A stretch of 63,625 nt of DNA, taken from the NCBI GenBank assembly GCA_029257065.1, contig JARIDA010000013.1, positions 1 through 63,625 of the forward strand. Reading direction: 5' to 3'. Shown here in pieces: positions 1-9,793 of this stretch. The position numbers were made by a program, and so were the translations under genes. A model generated the notes under the pieces. That model saw only the letters and a program-made list of their open reading frames with translations. It was not told the origin of the DNA and made no database searches. Source of the DNA: Tissierellaceae bacterium. GTDB taxonomy: Bacteria; Bacillota; Clostridia; Tissierellales; Tissierellaceae. Positions within the stretch are counted from its first letter, which is position 1. Each line of letters starts with the position of its first letter.

Positions 1-19
1 TTGGATTATATTCAATCAT
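1..19 (-). CDS. 5' end of an unidentified gene (MIEYNP...), rest lies outside the window
   Basis: Minus strand reads GGAGGAATAAAATGATTGAATATAATCCAA: RBS GGAGG, 7-nt spacer, ATG at 19..17. It sits directly downstream of a T-box terminator. Confidence 0.35.
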
Positions 20-44
20 TTTATTCCTCCTATAATTTTAGATA

Positions 45-282
45 TAAAAAACCTTTCGTCTCTAGAGACGAAAGGTTTGATTTCGCGGTACCACTCTTAA
101 TTGATATTTCTATCCACTCAAAATATAACGGTATTGTTCCGGTTATGATTACTCTAGTTCATCATAACTACTCGGAGACTAGTTCAGCTTCTATTATCAT
201 CATCTTACACCAACCGATGACTCTCTTTAGATAAATTGAAACCTAATATTTCTCTTCCTTGTATTTATATTTTATTTTACAC
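45..282 (-). promoter_or_regulatory. T-box leader (tRNA-sensing riboswitch) for the gene starting at 19
   Basis: Minus strand contains AAAGAGAGTCATCGGTTGGTGTAAGATGA (AG bulge plus distal loop), GAGTAG, the T-box core AAGAGTGGTACCGCGAAAT, and a terminator hairpin ACCTTTCGTCTC/GAGACGAAAGGT (51..76) followed by a U-run. Confidence 0.85.
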
Positions 283-288
283 ATCTTA

Positions 289-316
289 GATTATCAAAAT
301 CTCACTTTTTTGTCAA
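289..316 (-). promoter_or_regulatory. sigma-A type promoter for the first T-box leader
   Basis: Minus strand TTGACA (316..311), 16-nt spacer, GATAAT (294..289). Confidence 0.45.
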
Positions 317-329
317 GATATATGATTTA

Positions 330-1721
330 CTAAAATTCTGCTGATCTAACTGTTCTTGGGAAAGGTATTACATCTCTTATATTCTTCATTCCTGTTATAT
401 ACATAAGAGCTCTTTCAAATCCTAAACCATAACCTGAATGTTTAGTTTCTCCATATTTTCTAAGCTCTAAATACCACCAATATTCTTCTGGATCCATTCC
501 CATGTCAGATATTTTACCTTCTAAGACATCTAATCTTTCTTCTCTTTGAGAACCTCCGATTATTTCTCCTACTCCTGGAACTAATAAATCCATAGCAGCA
601 ACAGTTTTTCCATCTTCATTCATTCTCATATAAAAAGCTTTAATATCTTTTGGATAATCAGTTACAAATACTGGTCTTTTAAATATTTCTTCTGATAAAT
701 ATCTCTCATGCTCTGTTTGTAAATCTATACCCCATTCTACTTTATGATTAAATTCTTTTTTAGACTCTAACAGTAAATCTATAGCTTTTGTATATGTTAT
801 TTTTCCAAATTCAGAATTCACAACATTTTCAAGTCTTTCCAATAGACCTTTATCTATAAATTTATTGAAAAACTCCATTTCTTCTGGTGCATTATCAAGT
901 ACATATTTTATTATATATTTCATCATATCCTCTGCAACCACCATTAAATCTTCTAAATCAGCAAAAGCTAATTCTGGTTCTACCATCCAAAATTCTGCTG
1001 CATGTCTGGCTGTATTTGAGTTTTCTGCCCTAAATGTTGGTCCAAATGTATATATATCTCTATATGCTAATGCAAAAGCTTCACCAGCTAATTGTCCTGA
1101 AACTGTTAAGTGAGTTTCTTTATTGAAAAAATCCTCTGAAAAATCTATCTCGCCCTCTTCTGTTTTAGGAACATCATTCAAATCCAATGTGGATACCCTA
1201 AACATTTCACCTGCACCCTCTGCATCTGATCCAGTTATTATAGGAGTATGAACATATACATACCCTCTTTCATTGAAAAATTTATGAATCGCATAAGATA
1301 AAACCGACCTTACCCTAAACACCGCATTAAATGTATTTGCTCTTGGTCTTAAATGAGCAATAGTTCTCAAATATTCAAAAGTATGTCTCTTCTTTTGTAG
1401 TGGATAATCACTTGATGATTTTCCCTCAACTATAATTTCGTCTGCTTGTATCTCAAAATCTTGTTTAACTCCAGGCGCTTCAACTAATTTTCCTGTTACT
1501 ATAATTGAAGTGCTCAAAGGTAATGATTCTATTTCATCAAAATTATCTAAAGTTTTTTCTATTATTATTTGAATCCCATTAAAAAAAGTTCCATCATTCA
1601 ATTCAATAAATGCTAATGCTCCAGATGATCTTATATTTCTAATCCAACCCTCTACTCTAATTGACTCATTTAAATATTTATCCTTGTCTTTAAATATTTC
1701 TCTAACCAAAGTTACACTCAT
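330..1721 (-). CDS. asnS: asparaginyl-tRNA synthetase
   Basis: 463-aa ORF. N-terminal OB-fold region [24 protein letters not shown] and class II motif 3 region [26 protein letters not shown]. The length fits AsnRS rather than AspRS. RBS AAAGGAG upstream; preceded by a T-box leader. Confidence 0.93.
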   Translation of the reverse strand: MSVTLVREIFKDKDKYLNESIRVEGWIRNIRSSGALAFIELNDGTFFNGIQIIIEKTLDNFDEIESLPLSTSIIVTGKLVEAPGVKQDFEIQADEIIVEGKSSSDYPLQKKRHTFEYLRTIAHLRPRANTFNAVFRVRSVLSYAIHKFFNERGYVYVHTPIITGSDAEGAGEMFRVSTLDLNDVPKTEEGEIDFSEDFFNKETHLTVSGQLAGEAFALAYRDIYTFGPTFRAENSNTARHAAEFWMVEPELAFADLEDLMVVAEDMMKYIIKYVLDNAPEEMEFFNKFIDKGLLERLENVVNSEFGKITYTKAIDLLLESKKEFNHKVEWGIDLQTEHERYLSEEIFKRPVFVTDYPKDIKAFYMRMNEDGKTVAAMDLLVPGVGEIIGGSQREERLDVLEGKISDMGMDPEEYWWYLELRKYGETKHSGYGLGFERALMYITGMKNIRDVIPFPRTVRSAEF

Positions 1722-1747
1722 ATTAAATCTCCTTTCAAATTTATAAT

Positions 1748-1983
1748 AAAAAAAGTTTTCGTCCTAACAAGGACGAAAACCAAATTTCCGTGATACCACC
1801 TTAATTGCAAATAAATGCCACTTAATAAAAGAGATAACGGTCATGCCGTCTATATCTACTACATTTCAATATAGAAACTCTAGGTCGTTATTCAATATAA
1901 TATTAATATTGATGTCTCACTATCATCAAATCCCTGTAATTAATAATTATATTTACTTTTCCTATCTTAGTTTTTAATTATTA
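1748..1983 (-). promoter_or_regulatory. T-box leader upstream of asnS
   Basis: Minus strand has the distal loop GATGATAGTGAGACATC, the T-box core AATTAAGGTGGTATCACGGAAAT, and a terminator GTTTTCGTCC/GGACGAAAAC (1755..1780) followed by TTTTTTT. Confidence 0.85.
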
Positions 1984-1988
1984 TAGCT

Positions 1989-2017
1989 ATTATACATTAA
2001 AATATAATCTATTGCAA
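1989..2017 (-). promoter_or_regulatory. sigma-A type promoter for the asnS leader
   Basis: Minus strand TTGCAA (2017..2012), 17-nt spacer, TATAAT (1994..1989). Confidence 0.55.
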
Positions 2018-2025
2018 GATTCTAT

Positions 2026-3303
2026 CTATTTATCATTGTCACCTTTTATATAGTATTTTTTATCTCTATATTCATAGGGTAGATAATCTTGTTCTACTTC
2101 GGAGTTTGGAAAGTCATGAGGATATTTATATCCTAGGCCACTCCCTAATTTTTCAGCTCCACTATAGTGAGCATCTCTTAGATGAGCTGGTATTTCTGCA
2201 GTTTCTTCATCTCTAACATCCTTTAAAGCCTTATCTATCCCCATATATGCTGAGTTAGACTTTGGAGCCAAGGCTATATATAGAGCTGCCTGTGATAATA
2301 CTATTCTTCCCTCTGGCATACCTATTACATTTATAGCGTTAAAGGCTGATATGGCAACTGTAAGAGCATTTGAATCTGCAATTCCAACATCTTCAGATGC
2401 AGCAATTATTATTCTTCTTGCTATAAATTTAGGGTCTTCCCCTGCATTTATCATTTTAGCTAACCAATATAGAGTTGCATCTGGATCTGAACCTCGCATA
2501 CTTTTTATAAATGCAGAAACTGTATTATAATGTTCATCACCATCTTTATCATATTTAGCTGTCTTTATCTGTATAGATTTTTTTATAGTATTAAGATCTA
2601 TTTCAATTATTCCCTCATTATTTGCCTCTGTAGACAAAACCCCTATTTCTAAAGAGTTAAGAATTGTTCTTCCATCACCCTCTGAAGTTTTTATTAAATA
2701 ATCTACAGCTGCCTCTGTCATACTAACTTTTTTCCTACCTAATCCCTTTTCTTTATCGGTTAATGCTCTTTTTATAAGTTGTCTTAAGTCTTTTCTTTTA
2801 AGAGATTTTAATTCTAAAATCATAACTCTAGATAATAAAGCTTTATTAACTTCAAAATATGGATTTTCAGTGGTTGCTCCTATTAATGTTATTACTCCTC
2901 TTTCAACAAACGGAAGTAGAGCATCCTGTTGTGATTTATTAAATCTATGAATCTCATCCACAAACAAAATAGTTCTTTTTTCATACATTTTTAAGCTCTC
3001 TTCAGCTAAAGAGATTACCTGTCTAATATCTTTAACTCCTGAAGTCACGGCTGATAGTTTTTCAAATCTCATATCAGTTCTGTTTGCAATAATAGCTGCC
3101 AATGTTGTTTTCCCTGTACCTGGTGGCCCATAAAAAATCATGGAAGTTATTCTATCAGCCTTTATTGACCTACTTAAAAACTGATCTTTTCCAACTAAAT
3201 GTTCTTGGCCTACAAATTCTTCCAATGTTTCAGGTCTCATTCTATCTGCCAAAGGAGCATGTCTATTTAAATTCTTCTCCATATTCATTGTAAATAAATC
3301 CAA
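2026..3303 (-). CDS. rarA: replication-associated recombination protein A (AAA+ ATPase RarA/MgsA)
   Basis: 425 aa. Walker A GPPGTGKTT, Walker B ILFVDEIHRF, and the characteristic C-terminal MgsA region (YDKDGDEHYNTVSAFIKSMRGSDPDA...HLRDAHY). TTG start after AAAGGTGA. Confidence 0.92.
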   Translation of the reverse strand: MDLFTMNMEKNLNRHAPLADRMRPETLEEFVGQEHLVGKDQFLSRSIKADRITSMIFYGPPGTGKTTLAAIIANRTDMRFEKLSAVTSGVKDIRQVISLAEESLKMYEKRTILFVDEIHRFNKSQQDALLPFVERGVITLIGATTENPYFEVNKALLSRVMILELKSLKRKDLRQLIKRALTDKEKGLGRKKVSMTEAAVDYLIKTSEGDGRTILNSLEIGVLSTEANNEGIIEIDLNTIKKSIQIKTAKYDKDGDEHYNTVSAFIKSMRGSDPDATLYWLAKMINAGEDPKFIARRIIIAASEDVGIADSNALTVAISAFNAINVIGMPEGRIVLSQAALYIALAPKSNSAYMGIDKALKDVRDEETAEIPAHLRDAHYSGAEKLGSGLGYKYPHDFPNSEVEQDYLPYEYRDKKYYIKGDNDK

Positions 3304-3322
3304 TTAATCACCTTTAATCCTA

Positions 3323-4384
3323 TTATATAAATTCCTTTGTAACATACTCTGATGTCATTGCCCTTAATATAGATACATATTCCAATCTAAAAGTCACAAT
3401 ATCTCCAACTTTATAATCTATATCAGAATCCGTAGCATCTAATACTAAATGATCAGAGCTTCCTCCTAATATATTAATTTTCCCATCTATGGGAAACATC
3501 GTATCATAGTCCACATCCTGCTTCCCTATTCCACAAATAATCCTTTTTCTTATCCCTTTATCTTCAAAGCTTGGTATATTACCAAAAGCATCCTTACCTA
3601 TTTTACCTATAGGTACAGATGGTTTTTCTTTAATTTCAATAATCTCAGCTTCTAAAATAAATGTATCATTAACAGTTCCAGGCAACTGTTTTTCACAAGA
3701 AGGCTCTGTACCTAATATTAAAGCTTCTCCTAATCTCATTGTGGTCATGCCATGAGACTTTAAATTGTCCATTAAATAAAGTGTAGCAGAGTTTCCACCT
3801 GATATTATATCTAATTCTATATTACATCTTTTTTCTAGTCTTTCAGATAAGTTAACCAATCTTTCAATTGTAGATTCTTTTGGTATTACTCCGCCAAAAC
3901 ATGCCATATTAACAGCTAAACCTACTAGTTTTATTCCCTCATATTTTACTATCTCTTCCGCATCTGATAATAATTCTTCCTCATTAAAATATCCTTCACG
4001 TAAGTCTCCTAAATCAATCATCATTACTATACCATGTATTTTTTCTTGCTTAACAGATTCTTCAGATATCATTTTTATAGTTTCTTTTTCTGAATTAAAC
4101 GAAATATCTGCATATCTAACTATATCTTCTATTTCAGACTGCATTGGTATTCTCATAATCATTTTTGTTATATCAAAATTTTTTAACTTAATCAAATTTT
4201 GAATTCTAGAGTCTGCTAAATATTCAACTCCACCATCTATATATATACTTGCTAATTCTGGATTCCCACAAAATACTTTTGTTACTCCTGCAACATTCAT
4301 ACCATTTTCTTCGCATAAACCAACTACAGACTCAACATTGGATTTCAACTTTTTCTTGTTTACTTTTATTTTTGGGTAGCTCAT
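3323..4384 (-). CDS. alanine/ornithine racemase family PLP-dependent enzyme (Orr/YhfX-like)
   Basis: 353 aa. N-terminal TIM-barrel type pattern with candidate PLP lysine in NVAGVTKVFCGNP. Overall layout resembles fold-type III racemases. RBS AAAGGAGAG. Confidence 0.6.
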   Translation of the reverse strand: MSYPKIKVNKKKLKSNVESVVGLCEENGMNVAGVTKVFCGNPELASIYIDGGVEYLADSRIQNLIKLKNFDITKMIMRIPMQSEIEDIVRYADISFNSEKETIKMISEESVKQEKIHGIVMMIDLGDLREGYFNEEELLSDAEEIVKYEGIKLVGLAVNMACFGGVIPKESTIERLVNLSERLEKRCNIELDIISGGNSATLYLMDNLKSHGMTTMRLGEALILGTEPSCEKQLPGTVNDTFILEAEIIEIKEKPSVPIGKIGKDAFGNIPSFEDKGIRKRIICGIGKQDVDYDTMFPIDGKINILGGSSDHLVLDATDSDIDYKVGDIVTFRLEYVSILRAMTSEYVTKEFI

Positions 4385-4420
4385 ATTTTCTCTCCTTTTT
4401 TTATATAGTGTACTTGAATA

Positions 4421-4876
4421 TTAATTTTCCCCTAATATTTTTTCTAATTCTAATTTAAATGAATTTATATCTTTAAATTGTCTATAAACAGAAGCAAATC
4501 TAACATAGGAAACCTCATCTATCTCCTTTAATTTCTCCATGACCAATTCTCCTATATCAGTTGATTTAATTTCTTTTTCTGTAGTATTGAAAATAGTTTT
4601 CTCAATTGCATCTACTAATTCTTCAATCTGCTCTGTACTAACAGGTCTTTTTTCACATGATTTTACTATTCCATTTATTAATTTACTTCTATCATATGCC
4701 TGTCTATTTCCATCTTTTTTAATTACCCTTAAGGGTATCTCTTCTATTTTTTCATATGTAGTAAATCTTTTTCCACACTGAATACACTCTCGTCTACGTC
4801 TTATGGATTCGCCTTCTTCTGTAGGTCTAGAATCTACTACTTTTGATTCGTGAAAAAAGCAATAAGGACATTTCAT
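4421..4876 (-). CDS. nrdR: transcriptional repressor NrdR
   Basis: Begins [18 protein letters not shown]...[12 protein letters not shown] (zinc ribbon) followed by an ATP-cone. I moved the start to the ATG at 4876 (RBS GAGAGGTGA, 4-nt spacer); the ORF track starts 18 nt upstream. Confidence 0.93.
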   Translation of the reverse strand: MKCPYCFFHESKVVDSRPTEEGESIRRRRECIQCGKRFTTYEKIEEIPLRVIKKDGNRQAYDRSKLINGIVKSCEKRPVSTEQIEELVDAIEKTIFNTTEKEIKSTDIGELVMEKLKEIDEVSYVRFASVYRQFKDINSFKLELEKILGEN

Positions 4877-4944
4877 ATTGTCACCTCTCGTCAATATTTT
4901 ACATGCAAAAAAATATATCTTGTTTAGGGATATATTTTTTATAT

Positions 4945-6027
4945 TTATTTTCTATTTCTTCTTCTTAAAAATACTGGAATATCTAAACTATCATCCTCTT
5001 CGTATTTTTCTTCTACTTCTTCTGTTTCTGCTACTTCTTCTGCTTCAATTTTTTGTTCAACTTTTTTCATTTCACCATTATTAAAACCTGTTGCTATTAC
5101 TGTTATTTTTATCTCATCAACAAGACTTTCATCTATTCCTGCACCAAATATTATATTGGCATCCATATCTACTGCTTCTTTTATTAAGTCTGCAGCTTCA
5201 TTAACTTCAAATATACCTAAATCTTCCCCACCTGTTATATTAAGTAATACGGAGTTTGCACCTTCAATAGATGTTTCCAATAATGGAGAGCTTATAGCTT
5301 GTTTAGCAGCTTCAGAAGCTCTATTGTCGCCTGATGCTTGCCCTATTCCCATATGAGCTATACCCTGGTTTTGCATTATAGTTTGTACGTCTGCAAAGTC
5401 TAAATTTATAAGTGCTGGTACTGCTATTAAATCTGATATACCTTGTATACCCTGCTTTAATACGTCATCAGCTAATAAAAAGGCTTCTACCATAGTTGTT
5501 TTTTTATCAGCTACTTGTAATAATCTATCATTTGGTATTATAACTAGTGTATCTACCTGCTCTTTTAAAGCTTTGATTCCACCTTCTGAATGTTTTGTTC
5601 TTTTAGCACCTTCAAAGGTAAATGGCTTAGTCACAACTCCCACCGTTAAGATACCTAATTCCTTGGCTATGGAAGCAACTACTGGAGCAGCACCTGTTCC
5701 AGTTCCTCCACCCATACCTGCTGTTATAAAAATCATATCAGCACCTTCTAAAGATTCTGTTATCTCATTTCTATTTTCTTCAGCAGCCCTTTCACCAATT
5801 TCAGGATTAGCTCCTGCTCCTAAACCTCTAGTTAGTTTTTCACCTATTTGCAGCTTCATATCTGCTTTAGATGAATTCAAAGCTTGTTTATCTGTATTTA
5901 GGGCTATAAATTCTATTCCCCTTAAACCTGCATCAATCATCCTATTTACAGCATTATTACCACCACCACCTACACCTACAACCTTTATCCTTGCATATTG
6001 ATCAACATCCACATCAAAATCAAACAT
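4945..6027 (-). CDS. ftsZ: cell division protein FtsZ
   Basis: 360 aa. [13 protein letters not shown] and the tubulin signature [12 protein letters not shown]-terminal peptide [15 protein letters not shown]. Confidence 0.98.
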   Translation of the reverse strand: MFDFDVDVDQYARIKVVGVGGGGNNAVNRMIDAGLRGIEFIALNTDKQALNSSKADMKLQIGEKLTRGLGAGANPEIGERAAEENRNEITESLEGADMIFITAGMGGGTGTGAAPVVASIAKELGILTVGVVTKPFTFEGAKRTKHSEGGIKALKEQVDTLVIIPNDRLLQVADKKTTMVEAFLLADDVLKQGIQGISDLIAVPALINLDFADVQTIMQNQGIAHMGIGQASGDNRASEAAKQAISSPLLETSIEGANSVLLNITGGEDLGIFEVNEAADLIKEAVDMDANIIFGAGIDESLVDEIKITVIATGFNNGEMKKVEQKIEAEEVAETEEVEEKYEEDDSLDIPVFLRRRNRK

Positions 6028-6059
6028 TTTATCTCCTCCATTATTATAATATATTTAAA

Positions 6060-6401
6060 TTATTTCTTTTTACTTTTCCTTAATAAACTTCTTCTAATCT
6101 GTCCAAAGTTTTCAAATAATCTATTTCCAAAAGTAAATATAGCTGCATAATACAATGGTACACCTAATCTATCTCCTAAATATGCTAGAAATGCGGCTAA
6201 TGTAGCATTTCCAAAAAAACCTGATATGAAAATTTCCAAATCAAAATTTTTCTCTAAATTAGCTCTAACTCCTCCAAATACTGAGTCTAAACAGGCTAAT
6301 ATAGCTACTGATATATAGAGTGAATAAGCTGTATTGTATGTGAAAGGCAAGATGAAACCAATTACCAATCCTATTAAAATTCCCATTAATGCGAAAAACA
6401 A
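6060..6401 (-). CDS. sbp: small basic membrane protein Sbp (DUF1290)
   Basis: 113-aa hydrophobic protein with a basic tail (RRSLLRKSKKK). It occupies the same position as B. subtilis sbp, after the two DUF881 genes. TTG start after GGGGAGG. Confidence 0.7.
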   Translation of the reverse strand: MFFALMGILIGLVIGFILPFTYNTAYSLYISVAILACLDSVFGGVRANLEKNFDLEIFISGFFGNATLAAFLAYLGDRLGVPLYYAAIFTFGNRLFENFGQIRRSLLRKSKKK

Positions 6402-6403
6402 TA

Positions 6404-7138
6404 TTATTCCTCCCCTTCTAATGGTTTTGCATATTTAAAATTATTTAATGGTATATCATATTTAGGTATAACTATTAAATCTTCAGTATATGTGTCAAAA
6501 CCCTTATTTAATACATTTTTCAAAGTATCACCATATGTGTTTGGAGCATTAACAGCTGCATTTAAAGCTACAGGATCACCTATTGCTTTGATTATAAAAG
6601 GAGTACCTGAACTTCTACCATTTATTCTTATTATAGGTCCACCACACTTAATATCAGATGTGGAAACTACTCTCTCGTTATTTATACTAATGGCTTCTGC
6701 TCCTGCTATTCTTAAATCATTTACTATATTTAGTATATCTATATCATGAATAATATCATCATTTATATTAAAATCAAAATTATGATCGTCTAATCTTATC
6801 TCATCATTGTCATACATTGATATTATTATACCAGGTCCTTCTAAATTGGTTATGCCTGCTAACTCCATATTTTTTTTAATATCGCTTTCTAATATTTCTA
6901 AAATTTCTTTTTCTTCAGATATATTTTTCAATTCATCTAATTTCTTCTCATTTTCTCTAATAATCTCTTTTAATCCTTCCATCTCTGCTTTAACTATATT
7001 CAATTCAATTCTCTTGTTTTGAAGAGAATTTAAAGTTGCTGGTACATACATATCTACATTTCCCTTAAATTGAATTGCTAAAAAAATTCCTACTATTAAA
7101 CTGAAAATCATTATTATTAATTTAGGTTCCCTATTCAC
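6404..7138 (-). CDS. DUF881 domain membrane protein (YlxW/YlxX-like)
   Basis: 244 aa. N-terminal TM, coiled coil, then LEGPGIII...INNERV...IKAIGDP blocks shared with the neighbouring paralog. dcw context. Confidence 0.8.
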   Translation of the reverse strand: MNREPKLIIMIFSLIVGIFLAIQFKGNVDMYVPATLNSLQNKRIELNIVKAEMEGLKEIIRENEKKLDELKNISEEKEILEILESDIKKNMELAGITNLEGPGIIISMYDNDEIRLDDHNFDFNINDDIIHDIDILNIVNDLRIAGAEAISINNERVVSTSDIKCGGPIIRINGRSSGTPFIIKAIGDPVALNAAVNAPNTYGDTLKNVLNKGFDTYTEDLIVIPKYDIPLNNFKYAKPLEGEE

Positions 7139-7152
7139 AATGACTCACACCC

Positions 7153-7884
7153 TTAATTACTTTCTTCTAATGGCTCTGCGAATTTAAAATCTTGTAATCT
7201 TCTAGATTTAGGTATTTTTATAATATTCTCTTGTTTTAATTGTACATTAAATCCACCTAATAATCTTATAACATCAACAACCCCATTTTTAATAGAAAGT
7301 GCGGCTTCTAATGTTTTTGGATCTCCTATAGCTTTAATTAATATGGGAGTATTAGTAGATACACCATTTATCTCTATGTGATCTGCAGCTCTTTCTATTT
7401 CTGTAAAGGATGTGTACCTTTGTTCATTAATAGATATAGCTTCAGCATCTGCTGCATTTAAAACAGATACAACTTGTAATATTAAGTCTAATTGTTCTAT
7501 TAGTTCATAGCCATCGAACATTTCACTTGAAGGTTCACTTATTTCCAAAGTTATTCCAGGTCCTTCTAAATCAACATATCCTGCTAGTATTCTGTATTTC
7601 ATTGTATCACTATGCAGTCTTTCTGCATATATATTTTTTTCTGATTCTGTTTTCTCATAATATTCTATTTGCTTTTCCAATTCATCTATTCTGTTGGATT
7701 GGGCATCTCTAGTGCTTTGGGCTTTCTTTAAATCAGAGGCCAATTGTTGTGCTCTTTGTGTTGGAAGAATACCATCACCAACAGTTTTATTTACAGTTTT
7801 GAATTGAATAGATAAAATGATTCCTAATATTATGGAAACTAAAACCATTCCCAGAAAGTCTCTTCTATCACTCACCCTATTCAC
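7153..7884 (-). CDS. DUF881 domain membrane protein (YlxW/YlxX-like)
   Basis: 243 aa. Same architecture as the neighbouring paralog (LEGPGITL...INEQRY...IKAIGDP). Confidence 0.8.
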   Translation of the reverse strand: MNRVSDRRDFLGMVLVSIILGIILSIQFKTVNKTVGDGILPTQRAQQLASDLKKAQSTRDAQSNRIDELEKQIEYYEKTESEKNIYAERLHSDTMKYRILAGYVDLEGPGITLEISEPSSEMFDGYELIEQLDLILQVVSVLNAADAEAISINEQRYTSFTEIERAADHIEINGVSTNTPILIKAIGDPKTLEAALSIKNGVVDVIRLLGGFNVQLKQENIIKIPKSRRLQDFKFAEPLEESN

Positions 7885-8647
7885 CTACCTTTTCTGTAAC
7901 AATCACTGGGTTTTCACCCTTATCCATTATTATTTTTGTATATTCTATTTCTTCCTTATTTATATAATTAAAAATTTCTTTTAATAATTTTAACTTGTAT
8001 TCCGAATTAAATATATCACCAAACTCTATTAATTTATCCTCTTTAGTTATAATTTCTATTTTTTCAACACTTTCTAGTTTTATCACGCTAAGTCTATTTA
8101 TTAAATTTGTCTCCATACAATTCTCTATAAATTTTTCAGTTTCAATGTCTTCTATATATTCATTTATTTTATTTCCAATATTCTCCTTATTTATGCTATC
8201 TTTCATTTTAATTCCTTCTATGGATAAAATACTGTTCTTCTTTTTATCTATTATATTTAAAATAATTCCATCTTTATCAAGTATGATATATTTATTAAGA
8301 ATCTTTAACTGTAATATTTCTTCTCGCTCTAATATCTCTATATTAATTTTATTTGGATATTTTCTATTTACTTTAACATCCTTCACATATACAATCTTTT
8401 TTATATCCTTTTTTGCCCTTAAAGTACTTATATTAAATATATTTTCATTTTCTTTTATATCTATATTATCTTGTATAAAATCTTTTTTCACCTGTTTATT
8501 TCCTTTAATATCTATAGATTTTATATTAAAATAACTCGACTGCCTTAACAGTCTAAGAGTTATAAATAGTATAATAATTAATAATATAATTCTTAAAAAT
8601 CTTCTTCTTCTAATTCTTTTCTTTTTAACTCTTGTCATTTTTTTCAT
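7877..8647 (-). CDS. divIB: cell division protein FtsQ/DivIB
   Basis: 256 aa. Basic N-terminus, one TM, then a POTRA-like segment (FNIKSIDIKGNKQV). Sits between murG and the DUF881 genes. Confidence 0.8.
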   Translation of the reverse strand: MKKMTRVKKKRIRRRRFLRIILLIIILFITLRLLRQSSYFNIKSIDIKGNKQVKKDFIQDNIDIKENENIFNISTLRAKKDIKKIVYVKDVKVNRKYPNKINIEILEREEILQLKILNKYIILDKDGIILNIIDKKKNSILSIEGIKMKDSINKENIGNKINEYIEDIETEKFIENCMETNLINRLSVIKLESVEKIEIITKEDKLIEFGDIFNSEYKLKLLKEIFNYINKEEIEYTKIIMDKGENPVIVTEKVGE

Positions 8648-8688
8648 AGATTCACTCCAACATCTATATGGTTATTAAATTATCTCTT

Positions 8689-9783
8689 CTATATTATTTT
8701 AAGAATTTCATTATATATATTTTTTGAAGCTTTAGGTTTTCCTATTTTAAATGAGGCTTGCTCCATTTCCATAATTAACTTCTTATCATTTTTAAGTCTA
8801 TAAATAGATTTATATAAATTATCACCTGTTAATTTCTTCTCTAATATAACCTCAGAAGCTCCTCTTTCCTTAAAAAAGTTTGCATTGTATTCCTGATGAT
8901 TTTCTGCAGTATATGATTTAGGAGTTAGTATACTAGCTTTTCCTATGGCTGATATTTCCGATAATGTAATTGCCCCTGCAGGTGTTATGATTATATCAGC
9001 TATATTTAAAGCATGTGGCATATCGTATAAATAGTCCATTATCTTAATTTTATCAGATAATTCAATTTTCTTCTCTTTTATTTCTGAAATAAATTCTCCA
9101 TGTAATCTATTTCCAGTCACATGAATCAATGATACATCTTCTCCCAATCTATTTAAAACCTCTATTATAGCCTTGTTCAAGGACCTTTGCCCTCCACTTC
9201 CACCAAATGATAATATAAAAAAATCATCTCTTTCTATATTGAGTTTTTCATATGATTCTTCTTTATTCAAATCTAATATATCTTTTCTTATAGGATTACC
9301 AGTATTGACAATTTTTTCTTTATTTTTAAAATGTTTTTTAGCCTCATCAAATGTTATAGCTACTTTATCTACAAATCTTGATAATATTTTATTTGCTATA
9401 CCTGGATATGCATTTTGTTCATGAATAAGAGTTGGTATTGTTTTTAATGCTCCTATAAATACTATGGGAGCGGAAACATAACCTCCTGTTCCTATAATAA
9501 CATCTGGCTTAAACTTTTTTATAATTTTCCTCGAATCATTTAATCCTAATAATAGCTCTTTCAAAGCTATAAAAAACTTTTTATTTATTTTACGAGGTAA
9601 ACCTTTCACCCTTACTGTTTCAAAATTAAATCCGGCTTTTGGAACTAATTTAGATTCCAAACCATCTTCAGTTCCAATATATAATATTTCAGCATTGGAA
9701 TCCTGTTCTGCTATTTCCTCAGCTATAGCTAAGGCTGGATAAATATGTCCACCTGTACCTCCACCTGTAATTAAATATCTCAT
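8689..9783 (-). CDS. murG: UDP-N-acetylglucosamine--N-acetylmuramyl-(pentapeptide) pyrophosphoryl-undecaprenol GlcNAc transferase MurG
   Basis: Begins MRYLITGGGTGGHIYPALAIA (G-loop). Start moved to the ATG at 9783 (RBS GGAGTGA), which removes the overlap with ftsW. Confidence 0.95.
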   Translation of the reverse strand: MRYLITGGGTGGHIYPALAIAEEIAEQDSNAEILYIGTEDGLESKLVPKAGFNFETVRVKGLPRKINKKFFIALKELLLGLNDSRKIIKKFKPDVIIGTGGYVSAPIVFIGALKTIPTLIHEQNAYPGIANKILSRFVDKVAITFDEAKKHFKNKEKIVNTGNPIRKDILDLNKEESYEKLNIERDDFFILSFGGSGGQRSLNKAIIEVLNRLGEDVSLIHVTGNRLHGEFISEIKEKKIELSDKIKIMDYLYDMPHALNIADIIITPAGAITLSEISAIGKASILTPKSYTAENHQEYNANFFKERGASEVILEKKLTGDNLYKSIYRLKNDKKLIMEMEQASFKIGKPKASKNIYNEILKII

Positions 9784-9793
9784 AATGTCACTC

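Noticed and set aside
1-234. 77-aa plus-strand ORF at the window start
   Set aside because: It lies entirely over a well-supported minus-strand T-box leader (T-box core, terminator, promoter). It has no RBS.
7995-8534. 179-aa plus-strand ORF, together with similar long antisense ORFs (for example 5573..6001, 15497..15904, 23861..24292, 34717..35217, 10350..10718)
   Set aside because: All are antisense to genes with strong family signatures. Their translations are low-complexity (S/I/F/L-rich), as expected from AT-rich antisense frames, and none has an RBS.
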